Of a DNA stretch of 64,000 nt, positions 21,467-33,718 are shown piece by piece. Positions within the stretch are counted from its first letter, which is position 1; the number at the start of each line of letters is the position of its first letter. Both the position numbers and the translations under genes were made by a program. This stretch comes from an uncultured Actinomycetes bacterium. Lineage in GTDB: Bacteria > Actinomycetota > Thermoleophilia > Gaiellales > JAICJC01. The notes beneath the pieces were generated by a model. That model made no database searches. It worked only from the letters and a program-made list of their open reading frames with translations, and was not told the DNA's origin. The stretch lies in assembly GCA_963744065.1 (NCBI GenBank), contig CAVUSN010000001.1:49253-113252 (forward strand), given 5' to 3'.

Positions 21467-23125
21467 ATGGTGATGCAGGCCGAGCCGACGCCCGCCGTCG
21501 GGCCCGTCCGGCCGGCCCAGCCGACGGGGTTGTGGTCGTGGATCTCGACCGTCGACCACAAGCGGATCGGGATCCTGTACCTGGTCACAACCTTCTTCTT
21601 CTTCCTGGTGGGCGGCGTGTTCGCACTGGTGCTGCGGCTGCAGCTGGAACACACAAACAACACCCTGATCTCGTCCGAGGCCTACGACCGGATCATGACC
21701 ATGCACGGCACCACCATGATCTTCCTGTTCGTGGTGCCGGTGATGGCCGGCTTCGGCAACTACCTGGTGCCGCTGCAGATCGGCGCCCGCGACATGGCCT
21801 TCCCGCGCCTGAACGCGCTCTCCTACTGGCTGCTCCTGTTCGGCGGCATCGTCATGTACTCGGGCTTCGTGTGGGGCGGCGGCGCGGCCGACGCCGGCTG
21901 GACGTCCTACCCGCCGCTGTCGGTGCTCGCGCCCGGCCATGGCCAGGACCTGTGGATCGTCGGCCTGCACCTGCTGGGCATCTCGTCGCTGATCGGCGCC
22001 ATCAACTTCATCTGCACGATCCACAACATGCGGGCGCCGGGCATGCGGCTGTCGCGGCTGCCGCTGTTCACCTGGACGATCGACGTGTACTCGGTGATGA
22101 TCGTGGCCGCCGGGCCGGTGCTGGCGGGCGCGCTGACCATGCTGCTTCTGGATCGCAACTACGGCACCCACTTCTACGACCCGGCCCACAACGGCAACGT
22201 GCTGCTCTACCAGCACCTGTTCTGGTTCTACTCGCACCCGGTCGTGTACGTGATGGCGCTGCCCGGGTTCGGGATGATCTCGGAGATCATCCCGGTCTTC
22301 TCGCGCAAGCCGCTCTTCGGCTACAAGGCGCTGGTCTACTCGGTGGTGGCGATCGCCTTCCTGGGCTTCCTGGTGTGGGGCCACCACATGTTCGCGGTCG
22401 GCTTCTCGGAGCCGCTGCAGGTGTGGTTCATGCTGGTCTCGATGTCGATCGCGGTGCCAACCGGCGTCAAGATCTTCAACTGGATCGGCACCATGTGGAT
22501 GGGCCAGCTGCGGTTTGAGCCGCCGATGCTGTTTGCCGTCGGCTTCATCGGCCTTTTTATGATCGGCGGACTGTCGGGGATCATGCTGGCCATCTACCCG
22601 TTCGACCAGTACGTCACCGATAGCTACTTCGTGGTCGCCCACTTCCACTATGTGCTGGGCACCGTGCCGGTGTTCGCGGTGATGGCCGGGGTGCATTTCT
22701 GGTTCCCCAAGTTCACCGGCCGCATGCTCGACCGCACGCTTGCCCTGTGGAGCTTCTGGATCATGTTCGTCGGCTTCAACATGACCTTCTTCCCCATGCA
22801 CGCGATGGGGCTGTCGAAGATGCCGCGGCGCATCGCCACATACACCAACTCGGACTGGACCGTCTACAACCAGATCGCCACCCTGGGCTCGTTCATCCTC
22901 GGCATCGGCGTCCTGATCGTGCTGTGGAACGTGCTCTCGTCGCTGCGCGGCGGCCGCCTGGCCGGCTCCGACCCGTGGGGCGGGAACAGCCTGGAGTGGT
23001 ACACCAGCTCACCGCCGCCGGCGCACAACTTCGACCACCTGCCGCCGATCCAGTCGGAGCGGCCCGTGTACGACGCACGCCAGGCTGCACGGGCGGCGGC
23101 CGAGCCAGTGGCGGCCGGGGACTAG
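21467..23125 (+). CDS. ctaD: cytochrome c oxidase subunit I, A2-type
   Basis: DHKRIG, HG, DMAFPRLN, WFYSHPVVY, WGHHMF, PTGVK and AHFHY. Confidence 0.96.
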   Translation: MVMQAEPTPAVGPVRPAQPTGLWSWISTVDHKRIGILYLVTTFFFFLVGGVFALVLRLQLEHTNNTLISSEAYDRIMTMHGTTMIFLFVVPVMAGFGNYLVPLQIGARDMAFPRLNALSYWLLLFGGIVMYSGFVWGGGAADAGWTSYPPLSVLAPGHGQDLWIVGLHLLGISSLIGAINFICTIHNMRAPGMRLSRLPLFTWTIDVYSVMIVAAGPVLAGALTMLLLDRNYGTHFYDPAHNGNVLLYQHLFWFYSHPVVYVMALPGFGMISEIIPVFSRKPLFGYKALVYSVVAIAFLGFLVWGHHMFAVGFSEPLQVWFMLVSMSIAVPTGVKIFNWIGTMWMGQLRFEPPMLFAVGFIGLFMIGGLSGIMLAIYPFDQYVTDSYFVVAHFHYVLGTVPVFAVMAGVHFWFPKFTGRMLDRTLALWSFWIMFVGFNMTFFPMHAMGLSKMPRRIATYTNSDWTVYNQIATLGSFILGIGVLIVLWNVLSSLRGGRLAGSDPWGGNSLEWYTSSPPPAHNFDHLPPIQSERPVYDARQAARAAAEPVAAGD

Positions 23126-23137
23126 ACTGGCGCCGCG

Positions 23138-23254
23138 ATGATCGACAAGCAGACGGCCAATAAGAACATCCGCCTGGCGCTGATGCTGGCCATCCTCAGC
23201 CTGGCCATCTTCGCGCTCACCTTCGTGATCGCCGAGATCGTGATCCACAGCTGA
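23138..23254 (+). CDS. 38-aa single-TM protein, candidate small oxidase subunit/assembly factor
   Basis: Manual translation MIDKQTANKNIRLALMLAILSLAIFALTFVIAEIVIHS. It is GC3-rich, fills the gap between ctaD and the next ORF, and is below the ORF-track cutoff. Confidence 0.7.
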   Translation: MIDKQTANKNIRLALMLAILSLAIFALTFVIAEIVIHS

Positions 23255-23255
23255 T

Positions 23256-23471
23256 ATGGAAGATCCGCAGCACACCGACTTCCACCTGCCCTCGCCGTCG
23301 GGCGTGCCGGTCGTGGTCGGCCTGGGCCTGGCCCTGCTGCTGTTCGGGTTCGTGCCGGACGCGCGGCTGTGGCGGTTCGCGCTGGTCTCGGTGGGCGCCA
23401 CCATCGCGCTGGGCGGGATCTGGCGGTGGCTGGCCGACGCCATGGCCGAGTACCGCAACCTGCCGGACTGA
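23256..23471 (+). CDS. two-TM protein, cytochrome c oxidase subunit IV-like / split subunit III N-terminal helices
   Basis: HLPSPS..P.VVGLGLALLL.G..W..D pattern in cox context. Confidence 0.65.
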   Translation: MEDPQHTDFHLPSPSGVPVVVGLGLALLLFGFVPDARLWRFALVSVGATIALGGIWRWLADAMAEYRNLPD

Positions 23472-23473
23472 GC

Positions 23474-24226
23474 GTGACTGACCGGCCGTTCGCGGGGCGC
23501 CGCGTGCTGGTCACGGGTGCGGCCTCCGGAATCGGGCTGGCGACCGTGCAGCGGCTGGCAGGCGCGGGTGCGGCCGTGGCCGGCCTGGACGTGGACGCCG
23601 AGGGGCTGGCGGCCGGAATGGACGGGCTGGGCACAGCTGTGGTCGCGGATGTCGCAGACGCCGAAGCCGTGGGGCAGGCCGTCGCGGAGGCCGCCGGAGC
23701 GCTGGGCGGGCTGGACGGGCTGGCCAACGTCGCTGGGATCGGCTACCTGACCGGCGACGTGACCGCCACCTCACCCGAGCTGTGGGAGCGCGTGCTGGCG
23801 GTCAACCTGACCGGCGCCTACCTGGTGTCGCGGGCCGCGGTCGGCCACCTGCGGGCCGCGGGCGGCGGTGCCATCGTGCACGTGTCGTCGCAGTTCGCGC
23901 TGGCCGGTGCGCTGGCCAGCCCGGCCTACTGCGCGTCCAAGGCGGGCCTGCTCGGGCTGACCCGGGCGATGGCCGTCGACCACGCCGGCGAGCGGATCCG
24001 GGTCAATGCGGTCTGTCCCGGCCCGGTGGACACGCCGATGACCGGCATGCTGCGCGACCCCGAGCTGCTGGCCCGGGAGCAGGCGCGGCGCGATGCGCGG
24101 CTCCTGATCGGCCGCCAGAGCACCGCTGAGGAGATCGCGGCCGCGATCGCCTTCCTGCTCTCAGACGACGCCGCGTCCACCACCGGCAGCGTGCTGACCG
24201 TGGACGGCGGCTGGACAGCCGGCTGA
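23474..24226 (+). CDS. SDR family oxidoreductase
   Basis: TGAASGIG, NVAG, YCASK, VNAVCPG and VDGG. Confidence 0.92.
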   Translation: MTDRPFAGRRVLVTGAASGIGLATVQRLAGAGAAVAGLDVDAEGLAAGMDGLGTAVVADVADAEAVGQAVAEAAGALGGLDGLANVAGIGYLTGDVTATSPELWERVLAVNLTGAYLVSRAAVGHLRAAGGGAIVHVSSQFALAGALASPAYCASKAGLLGLTRAMAVDHAGERIRVNAVCPGPVDTPMTGMLRDPELLAREQARRDARLLIGRQSTAEEIAAAIAFLLSDDAASTTGSVLTVDGGWTAG

Positions 24227-24229
24227 CTG

Positions 24230-24510
24230 CCTGGTGCCAGGCACGTGCCTGGCACCGGGGTTCTTCGGTGCCTGGAACGTGCCTGGAGGTGGTTCCTTAA
24301 TGACGTCGTCACGAGGCGCAGGATGCGGGCACGCTGGCAAGGATCGAGCGGCGAGCGGAGCGGAGGCGTGGTTTCACCACGTTGAGCACCGCACGCCGCG
24401 TGGGACGCAGCCAGCGTGCTCGCAGACCAGCCGCAGCAGGCGTTCATTGAGGAACCACCTCCTGGCACCCAAACTGCTCCATCCCCACCAGCGTCAAGGT
24501 GGACCCGGCC
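24230..24510. repeat. palindromic REP-like repeat, allele interrupted by a MITE
   Basis: Near-identical to 2961-3060 once 24287-24465 is removed. Confidence 0.9.
24287..24460. mobile_element. 174-bp non-coding MITE with terminal inverted repeats
   Basis: Ends are AGGTGGTTCCTTAATGA...TCATTGAGGAACCACCT (16/17 inverted). CCTGG is duplicated at 24282-24286 and 24461-24465. Confidence 0.88.
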
Positions 24511-24513
24511 GCG

Positions 24514-25130
24514 TTAGAGGAGGTACACGACCGTGTAAAGCGCGACCCACACCACGTCGACGAAATGCCAGTACAGGCCGGTCACCTCGAGTCCCAGGTG
24601 CGAGCCCGCCGAGTAGTGCCCGCGGCAGGAGCGCACGAACGCAATGGTCAGCAGCGTGGCGCCCACGAACACGTGCGCCCCGTGCAGCCCGGTCAGCGCG
24701 AAGAAGCCCGAGCTGAAGGCGTTGGTGTGCGGCGCGAAGTTGAGGCTCAGGTACTCGTGGATCTGCAAGGCCAGGAAGGTCAGCCCCATGGCGAGCGTCA
24801 GAAACAGGCCGACAACCAGCCCGAACCGGTTGTTGCGTTTGATCGATACCAGCGCCCAGTGCATCGTGAACGAGGACGAGATCAGGATCGCCGTGTTGAT
24901 GCCGGTCGGCTTCTTGGGGATATCGAGCCCCGGCGGCGGCCACGGGTGATGGGTGAAACGGATGTAGAAGAAGCTCGTGAAGAACGAGCCGAACAGCATG
25001 ATCTCCGAGCCCAGGAACATCACCATGCCCAGGAACACGGGCGAGCGCAGCAGGCTGTCGTGGTAGATGGAGACCTGCCCCGATTCGGCGGCGTGCCCGC
25101 CGGGGCCTTCAACGGCCGCCGCGTGGGCGC

Positions 25131-25134
<4 letters not shown>
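24514..25134 (-). CDS. ctaE: cytochrome c oxidase subunit III
   Basis: FLGSEIMLFGSFF, NTAILISSS, LTGLHGAHV and YWHFVDVVW. Confidence 0.94.
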
Positions 25135-27562
<2,428 letters not shown>

Positions 27563-27563
<1 letters not shown>

Positions 27564-28591
27564 CAGCTCCCACCTTTCGTCAGCAGTGAAACCAGGGCGT
27601 CGATCTGAGCCGAGCTGAACTGCGTCCCGAACGTCGGCGGCATGACGTGGTCAGGATACCCAGACACGACCACCTTGCTGGGGTCGATGATCGACTCCTT
27701 GACGTAGTCGGCCTCGCTCTGGCCGCCGCCGTACTTGGCGGCGTCCGCCGCCAGGTTGTCGAGATTGGGCCCGACGGTGCCGGAGGTGCCGGCCGCGCTC
27801 AGCGTGTGGCAGCTGCCGCAGTTCTGGGTGAACAGGGCCTTGGCGTCGACCGGCCCGCCGCTCGAGGGCGGCGGCTGGGTGGCCAGCTTCTGCTCCTGGG
27901 CGATCCAGGCCGCGTAGTCGCTGGCCGAGACGACGTTGACCACGGTGCGCATCTGGCTGTGGCCGATCCCGCACAGCTCGTTGCAGACGATGGAGTAGGT
28001 GCCAAGCCGAGTGGGGGTGGCGACCAGGGTCGTGATGATGCCCGGAACCACGTCCTCCTTGACCCGGAAGGCGGGGATGTACATGTCGTGGATGACGTCG
28101 TTGGGCGGGGTGTGCATCTTGAACTCGACCTCCCGCCCGACCGGCAACTCGAGGATGCCGGAGGTGATCTTGGTGCCCGGGTAGGAGAACGTGAACAGGA
28201 ACTGGCGGGCCTCCACGTTCACGATCAGCCGGTCCGAGGAGAGCCGCTCGTTGCGGTCGAGCACGATCCCGCCGTACACCGCGAACCCGATCACGATGAT
28301 GGTGGGGATGATCGTCCAGATGATCTCCAGCATCGTGTGCCCGTGCACGGGCGGCCCATCCCTGTCCTCGTCGCCGGGCTTGGCCCGGAACGTCCACATG
28401 GAGTAGCCCAGGAACACGGCCACCAGGGCGAAGATGAAGCAGCTCATGACCATCAGCGCCAGGTACAGGGTGTCCTGACGCTGGGCCTGCACGGCCGCCG
28501 AGACAGGGAACCAGGACGGCGTTACGAGCACCGCCACACTGCCGAGCGCGCCGACGACGAGGGCGACGATGGCTACCTTGATGGCCGACAC
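27563..28591 (-). CDS. ctaC: cytochrome c oxidase subunit II fused to cytochrome c (caa3-type)
   Basis: LEIIWT, DVIH, CuA motif CNELCGIGHSQM, C-terminal CGSCH heme motif and distal MP. Confidence 0.94.
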
Positions 28592-28658
28592 CGCCGCTGA
28601 TCTTTAAGGGACAGGGCCGACGCGGGCAAAAGGAACCGGAGCGCTAGACTCGTCAGGC

Positions 28659-28841
28659 ATGCAGCTCGTGCTGGAGCACCTGCCGCACCTGGTGCCGGCG
28701 GCGGTCGGAATCGCCTTCCTGGGCCGGTTCGCGCTGACCACCGCCCGGCAGCCTCCGGCGGGACTGTCGGATGCGCAGCTGCGGGAGTGGCAGGAGGCGC
28801 GCCGGAACCGCGGCGTGCGCCGACTGCTGCCCGGCCGCTAG
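28659..28841 (+). CDS. small hypothetical membrane protein (60 aa)
   Basis: One hydrophobic segment. TAGACT -10-like box 8 nt before ATG. Confidence 0.5.
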   Translation: MQLVLEHLPHLVPAAVGIAFLGRFALTTARQPPAGLSDAQLREWQEARRNRGVRRLLPGR

Positions 28842-28851
28842 CGCCCGCGGA

Positions 28852-30057
28852 TCAAGCAAGATCGATGCTTAGCGCTCGCAGCGACACGATCGCCACCGCC
28901 GCCGTCAGCACGGCGGCGAGCTCGAACACCTGCGAGGGCGACCAGCGGGCCACCATCAGGCTGGCCACCAGCGCGCCGGCCGAGGCCGCCAGGAGCGCCG
29001 ACATGCGCCCGGTGATGCCGACCCGCGACTGCTCGGAGGGCGCCGCCCGCACCTGCCGTTCGCCGATCAGCATGGTGATGAAGAGGATGGCGGTGCCCTC
29101 CATGGCGCCGAAGGCCAGGGTGGCGCCGACGATCCCGCCGGCCAGCGCCAACGCCGCCGCGGCGAAGGCGTTCGCCACCAGCGCCCCGCGCAGCGCCCGC
29201 GAGGCGCCCAGCCGGCGGCGCAGGCTGGGGGCCGCCCAGCCTCCGGCCAGGCCGGTCAGTCCGCCCAGCGCGAGCATGCGGCCGGCGGCCGAGCCGCCCG
29301 CGTGCAGCTGGACGCGGGCGTACACCACGATCAGGGAATAGAACAGGTTGACGACCAGGTTCCAGGCCATGCCGACGGCGGTCAGCCGGCGCAGCACCGG
29401 GTTTCGGGCCACCAGCGCCAGCCCGGACTGGGCGCGGCCGATCGGACGCTCGGCCGGGTCGGGTCCGAGGTCGGTGCGGATGCCGGCAAACAGCACCGCG
29501 GCCACCACGAACCCGCCGGTCTGCACCCACAGCGCCTGCACGGGGCCAACCAGCCCGATCAGTGCGCCGCCCAGCGCCGGCCCGACCAGGAAGCCCAGCG
29601 ACCAGACGAGCGAGAGCGCCGCCTGGCCCTCCACGAAGTGGCCGCTTCCGACCATCCGCGAGATGGCCCCGAAGGCTGCCGCGTCGACGAATACGCGACC
29701 CGCTGCCACGCTCAGCCCGGCAGCGAACACCAGCGCGAGCGGCAGCTCGCGCACCGGCCGCCCGGTCGCCACCACGATCGGCAGCACGGCCGCGGCGGCG
29801 GCCTGCACGCAGGTGGCCACGATCATCGTCCGCCGCCGCGGCCAGCGGTCGCCGGCGCTGCCAGCCGGCAGACCCAGCAGCACGTACGGCACGGTGCCCA
29901 TCAGGTAGGCCGCGCCGGCCAGCGAGCGGGAGCCGCCCGCGTCCAGCACCAGCCAGGGCAGGGCGACCAGCGCCAGGCCGCCGCCGATGGCGTCCATCAA
30001 CTGCGCGATCAGGTAGCGGCGGCCGTCCGGCGAGCGCAGCAGCGGATTTTGGATCAC
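28852..30057 (-). CDS. MFS transporter
   Basis: About 12 TM helices and GSAGDRWPRRR motif A. The GTG start overlaps the upstream stop. Confidence 0.88.
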   Translation of the reverse strand: MIQNPLLRSPDGRRYLIAQLMDAIGGGLALVALPWLVLDAGGSRSLAGAAYLMGTVPYVLLGLPAGSAGDRWPRRRTMIVATCVQAAAAAVLPIVVATGRPVRELPLALVFAAGLSVAAGRVFVDAAAFGAISRMVGSGHFVEGQAALSLVWSLGFLVGPALGGALIGLVGPVQALWVQTGGFVVAAVLFAGIRTDLGPDPAERPIGRAQSGLALVARNPVLRRLTAVGMAWNLVVNLFYSLIVVYARVQLHAGGSAAGRMLALGGLTGLAGGWAAPSLRRRLGASRALRGALVANAFAAAALALAGGIVGATLAFGAMEGTAILFITMLIGERQVRAAPSEQSRVGITGRMSALLAASAGALVASLMVARWSPSQVFELAAVLTAAVAIVSLRALSIDLA

Positions 30058-31102
30058 TCCCACACCGGCGGGCCGGTGCGCAGCGCGAGCGAGGTGCCGA
30101 GGCCCAGCCGCCGGGCGTTGTCGTACACGTAGCGGGCCGTGGCCACGTCGTCCATGGCCAGGCCCACCGGCGTCACCACGATCCGCTGGGCTGGGTCGGT
30201 GCGGCCCGCATGCCGGCCGCTGATGACGTCTGCCAGCTCCACCGCCTGCGAGCCGTCGGCCGGGATCAGGCCGGCGCCCACCAGCCGCTCGGCGTAGCGG
30301 CCGGGGTGGGTCGACTCGTGCTCCCAGTCGTCCACCACCAGCAGGTCGGTCACATCGTGCAGTTCGAGCGGGCCGTCCAGGCTGAGACACGAGGACTACC
30401 GTCGCCCCGGGGTCGAGCCATTCGGGCGCGAAGGTCGGCTGCACCGCCATCGTCGCCGGCACCACCACGGCCGCCCCGCGCACCGCCCCCTCGGCCGAGC
30501 CGGCGGCGTGTACATGCAGCCCGTCCGTGCTGTGGCGAGCGCCGAAGCGGGCCGCCCGCCCGCCGTCGGGGTCGTACACGCGCACCTCGCGCAGCGCCGG
30601 CAGCACCGCCCGCAACGCGTCCAGCTGGGTATTGGCCAGAACGCCGGCCCCCAGCAGGCAGGCCACCGCGGCGGCCGGGTCGGCCAGCGCACGCACGGCC
30701 GCGCCGGTGACGGCGCCGGTGCGCATGGCGCTGACCACGGTGCCGTCCATGACGGCCAGCGGCAGCCCGGTCTCGCGGTCGGACAGCAGTACCAGGGCGT
30801 TCGCCCGCGGCAGGCCGCGGGACGGGTTGGAGGGCACGCTGGGGATCCACTTCAGCCCGGCCACGTCGAACTCGCCGCCGACGTAGGCCGGCATGGCCAT
30901 GATCCGCCCGTGCAGCTCCTCGGTGCCGGGCTCGTCCGACCAGGTGATCATCACCTTGGGCGGCATGAACACGTGGCCCTCGGCCTTGACCCGGAAGGCC
31001 CGCTCGATGACGTCGATCACGGCCGCCATGTCGAGTGCCACCGGCCGCCACCACGTCCTCCTGTGACAGGTACAGGAAGGACGTGTCGGGGACCGCTGTC
31101 AC
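30054..31102 (-). CDS. ornithine cyclodeaminase/mu-crystallin family protein, frameshifted in assembly
   Basis: FLYLSQEDV, AMPAYVGG, GLKW, SAMRTGAVTG and GLAMDDVATA across three frames. Confidence 0.87.
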
Positions 31103-31173
31103 GGGTTCGGCATCATACGGGGCATGCGTGCAGTCGTCGTCAGCGAACCGGGCCTCGTTCCGGAGATGCCCGG

Positions 31174-33084
31174 ATGACCGTCCACGTGACCTCCGCCGCG
31201 CTGTCGTTCGGGGCCGATGAGGTGCTGAGCGACGTGTCGTTCATCCTCCGCCCGCGCGACCGGGTGGCGCTGGTGGGGCGGAACGGCGCCGGCAAGACGA
31301 CGCTGCTGCGGATGCTGGCCGGCGAGCTCTCGCCTGACCGGGGCGAGATCGCGATCCCGTCCGGCACCCGGGTGGCATTGCACGACCAGCGCCCGCCGCT
31401 GGCCACCGCCACCACCCTGGGCGAGTACGTGGGCGCCGGGGCGGCCGAGGCCAGCCGGCTGGAGGAGGAGTTGCGCGGGCTGGAGGCGCAGATGGCCGCC
31501 GGCGACGCCGGGACCAAGGTGCTGGGCCGCTACGAGGCGGCCCAGCGCCGGTTCGAGCGGGCCGGCGGATACGGCTGGCGGGCCCGCCTGGAGGCGGTGG
31601 CCCGAGGCCTGGGCTTCACGCCGGACGACCTCGGCCGGCCGCTGCGCTCGTTCTCGGGCGGCGAGCTGACCCGGGCCTCGCTGACCCGGGCGCTGGCCGC
31701 CGAGCCGGACGTGCTGCTCTTGGACGAGCCCACCAACCACCTGGACACCGACGCCATCGAGTGGTTGGAGGAGCACCTCGACTCGCTGGACGCGTCGGTG
31801 CTGCTGGTCAGCCACGACCGCTGGTTCCTGGAGTCGGTGGCAACCGGGGTGCTCGAGATCGACCGCGGCAAGGGCCGCTACGACAAGGGCAGCTACTCGC
31901 ACTGGCGGGCTCTGAAGGCCGAGCGGCTGGCCTCCGCGGCGGACGCCTGGGAGCGTCAGCAGGCAGGAGCTGGCCCACCTGCAGCGGTTCGTCGACCGCT
32001 TTCGGTACGGCACCAAGAGCCGCCAGGCGCAGAGCAAGCTGAAGGCCATGGACCGCATCGAGCGGGTCGAAAAGCCATCCGGCCAGCGCTCGCTGCGCTT
32101 CCAGTTTCCGCCGCCGGCGCGCAGTGGGCGGGTGGTGTGCGAGGTCGAGGGCGTGGATCTGGAGGTGGCGGGGCGGACGCTCCTGTCCGGCGCCTCGTTC
32201 GCCATCGAACGCGGCCAGCGGGTGGCCCTGCTGGGGCCCAACGGCGCGGGCAAGACCACGCTTCTGGAGACGCTCTTGGGCCGCCGCGAGCCACGAGCCG
32301 GGAAGCTCAAGCTGGGGCACAACGTGACCGTCGGCTACTACTCGCAGCAGTCGCTGGAGCTGCCCGACTCGCACCGCGTGATCGAGGCCATCACCCATCA
32401 GAGCAGCCTGACCGGGCCGCAGGCGCGCGACCTGCTGGGCCTCTTCCTGTTCTCCGGTGAGGCCATCGAAAAGCCGGTGTCGGCGCTCTCCGGCGGCGAG
32501 CGGCGGCGGCTGGCGCTGGCCCGCACCGTCGTCTCGGGGGCGAACTTCCTGGTCCTGGACGAGCCCACCAACCACCTGGACATCGAGAGCCGGGAGGCAT
32601 TGGAGGACGCGCTCGAGGCGTACCAGGGGACGTTGCTTCTGGTCTCCCACGACCGCGCGCTGATCGAGGCCCTGGCCACCCGCACCCTGTCGATCGAGGA
32701 CGGCCAGCTGGTGGCTCGCGAGGGCGCCTTCGGTGACTACGCACGCGCCCACGACAGTTTGCCGGCCCACCACACCGCCATGCCTCCACCCCCGAGCTCA
32801 GTGCGGCCGGCGCCCAAGCCCAAACCCAAGCCGGCCCGGCAGAAGGCGTCGCGCACGCCGGCCGCCCGGCCAGCCCAGCGGGCCAGCCGTGAGGCGGCCC
32901 GCCTGGAACGCGAGATCGCGGCCCTGGAGGAGGAGCTGGGCGCGATCCAGACCCGGCTCTCGCGCCCGACGAGTACCGCGACGACGAGGCGCTGGCCGCC
33001 GACGGGCACCGCCACCAGGCGGTGCAGGAGGAGTTGGCCTACAAGTACCGCGACTGGGAGCGGCACGCGGCCGAGGCCGGATGA
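31174..33084 (+). CDS. ABC-F family ATPase, frameshifted in assembly
   Basis: Two ABC cassettes (GRNGAGKTT/FSGGE/LLDEPTNHLD and GPNGAGKTT/LSGGE/VLDEPTNHLD), no TM segments, C-terminal coiled coil. Confidence 0.92.
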
Positions 33085-33101
33085 CGCGGTGCCCCCACCA
33101 C

Positions 33102-33134
33102 CCCGGTGCCTGGCACGTGGGTGGCACCGGCCTT
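33102..33134. repeat. REP-like palindrome copy
   Basis: CCGGTGCCTGGCACGTGGGTGGCACCGG between convergent genes. Confidence 0.7.
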
Positions 33135-33718
33135 TACTTGGCCAGCGTCTCCACCATCGCCTCGGCGATGTCACGCAGGGTGCGGCTGGTGCGCTGGCTG
33201 GCGCCGCGCATGCGGCGAACGCCTCGGCCTCGGTCAGCCCGTCGTTCTCCATCAGCAGGCCCTTGGCACGCTCGATCAGCTTGCGCGACTCGAGCGCGTC
33301 GCGCAGGCGGCCGGACTCCGCGCGCACCGCCTGCAGCTCGGCGTGCGCGGGCCCGGGCGGTCTCGATCGCCGGCAGCAGGTCGCTCTCGCGGAACGGCTT
33401 CACCAGGTAGCCGAAGACGCCGGCGTCGACCGCCCGCGCGACCAGCTCGCGCTCCGAGAACGCGGTCAGCATGACGATCGGGATCGGCCGCTGCTCGAGC
33501 ATCCGGCGGGCGGCCTCGATGCCGTCCAGCTCCGGCATCTTGACGTCCATCACGCGCCAGGTCGGGCCGGTGCTCGGCGGCCAGCGCGACCGCCTCGCGC
33601 GCCGTCCCGGGCCTCGGCCACCACCGTCGAACCCGGCCCGCTCCAGCATCGCCCGCAGGTCGAGCCGGATGATCGTCTCGTCCTCGGCGATCAGGACTCG
33701 GCCGGAAATCGTGACCAC
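33134..33718 (-). CDS. REC-ANTAR response regulator (PdtaR/NasT-like)
   Basis: RVLIAEDETIIRLDL, MDVKMP, GYLVKPF and ANTAR segment LESRKLIERAKGLLM..LTEAEAF. Frameshifted, and the start is uncertain. Confidence 0.9.
   Translation of the reverse strand: MVTISGRVLIAEDETIIRLDLRAMLERAGFDGGGRGPGRRARRSRWPPSTGPTWRVMDVKMPELDGIEAARRMLEQRPIPIVMLTAFSERELVARAVDAGVFGYLVKPFRESDLLPAIETARARARRAAGGARGVRPPARRARVAQADRACQGPADGERRADRGRGVRRMRGASQRTSRTLRDIAEAMVETLAK

Noticed and set aside
28852-31041. 729-aa OCD-MFS fusion in the ORF track
   Set aside because: Created by a frameshift near 30370. The OCD C-terminus is in another frame and the MFS gene has its own overlapping GTG start.
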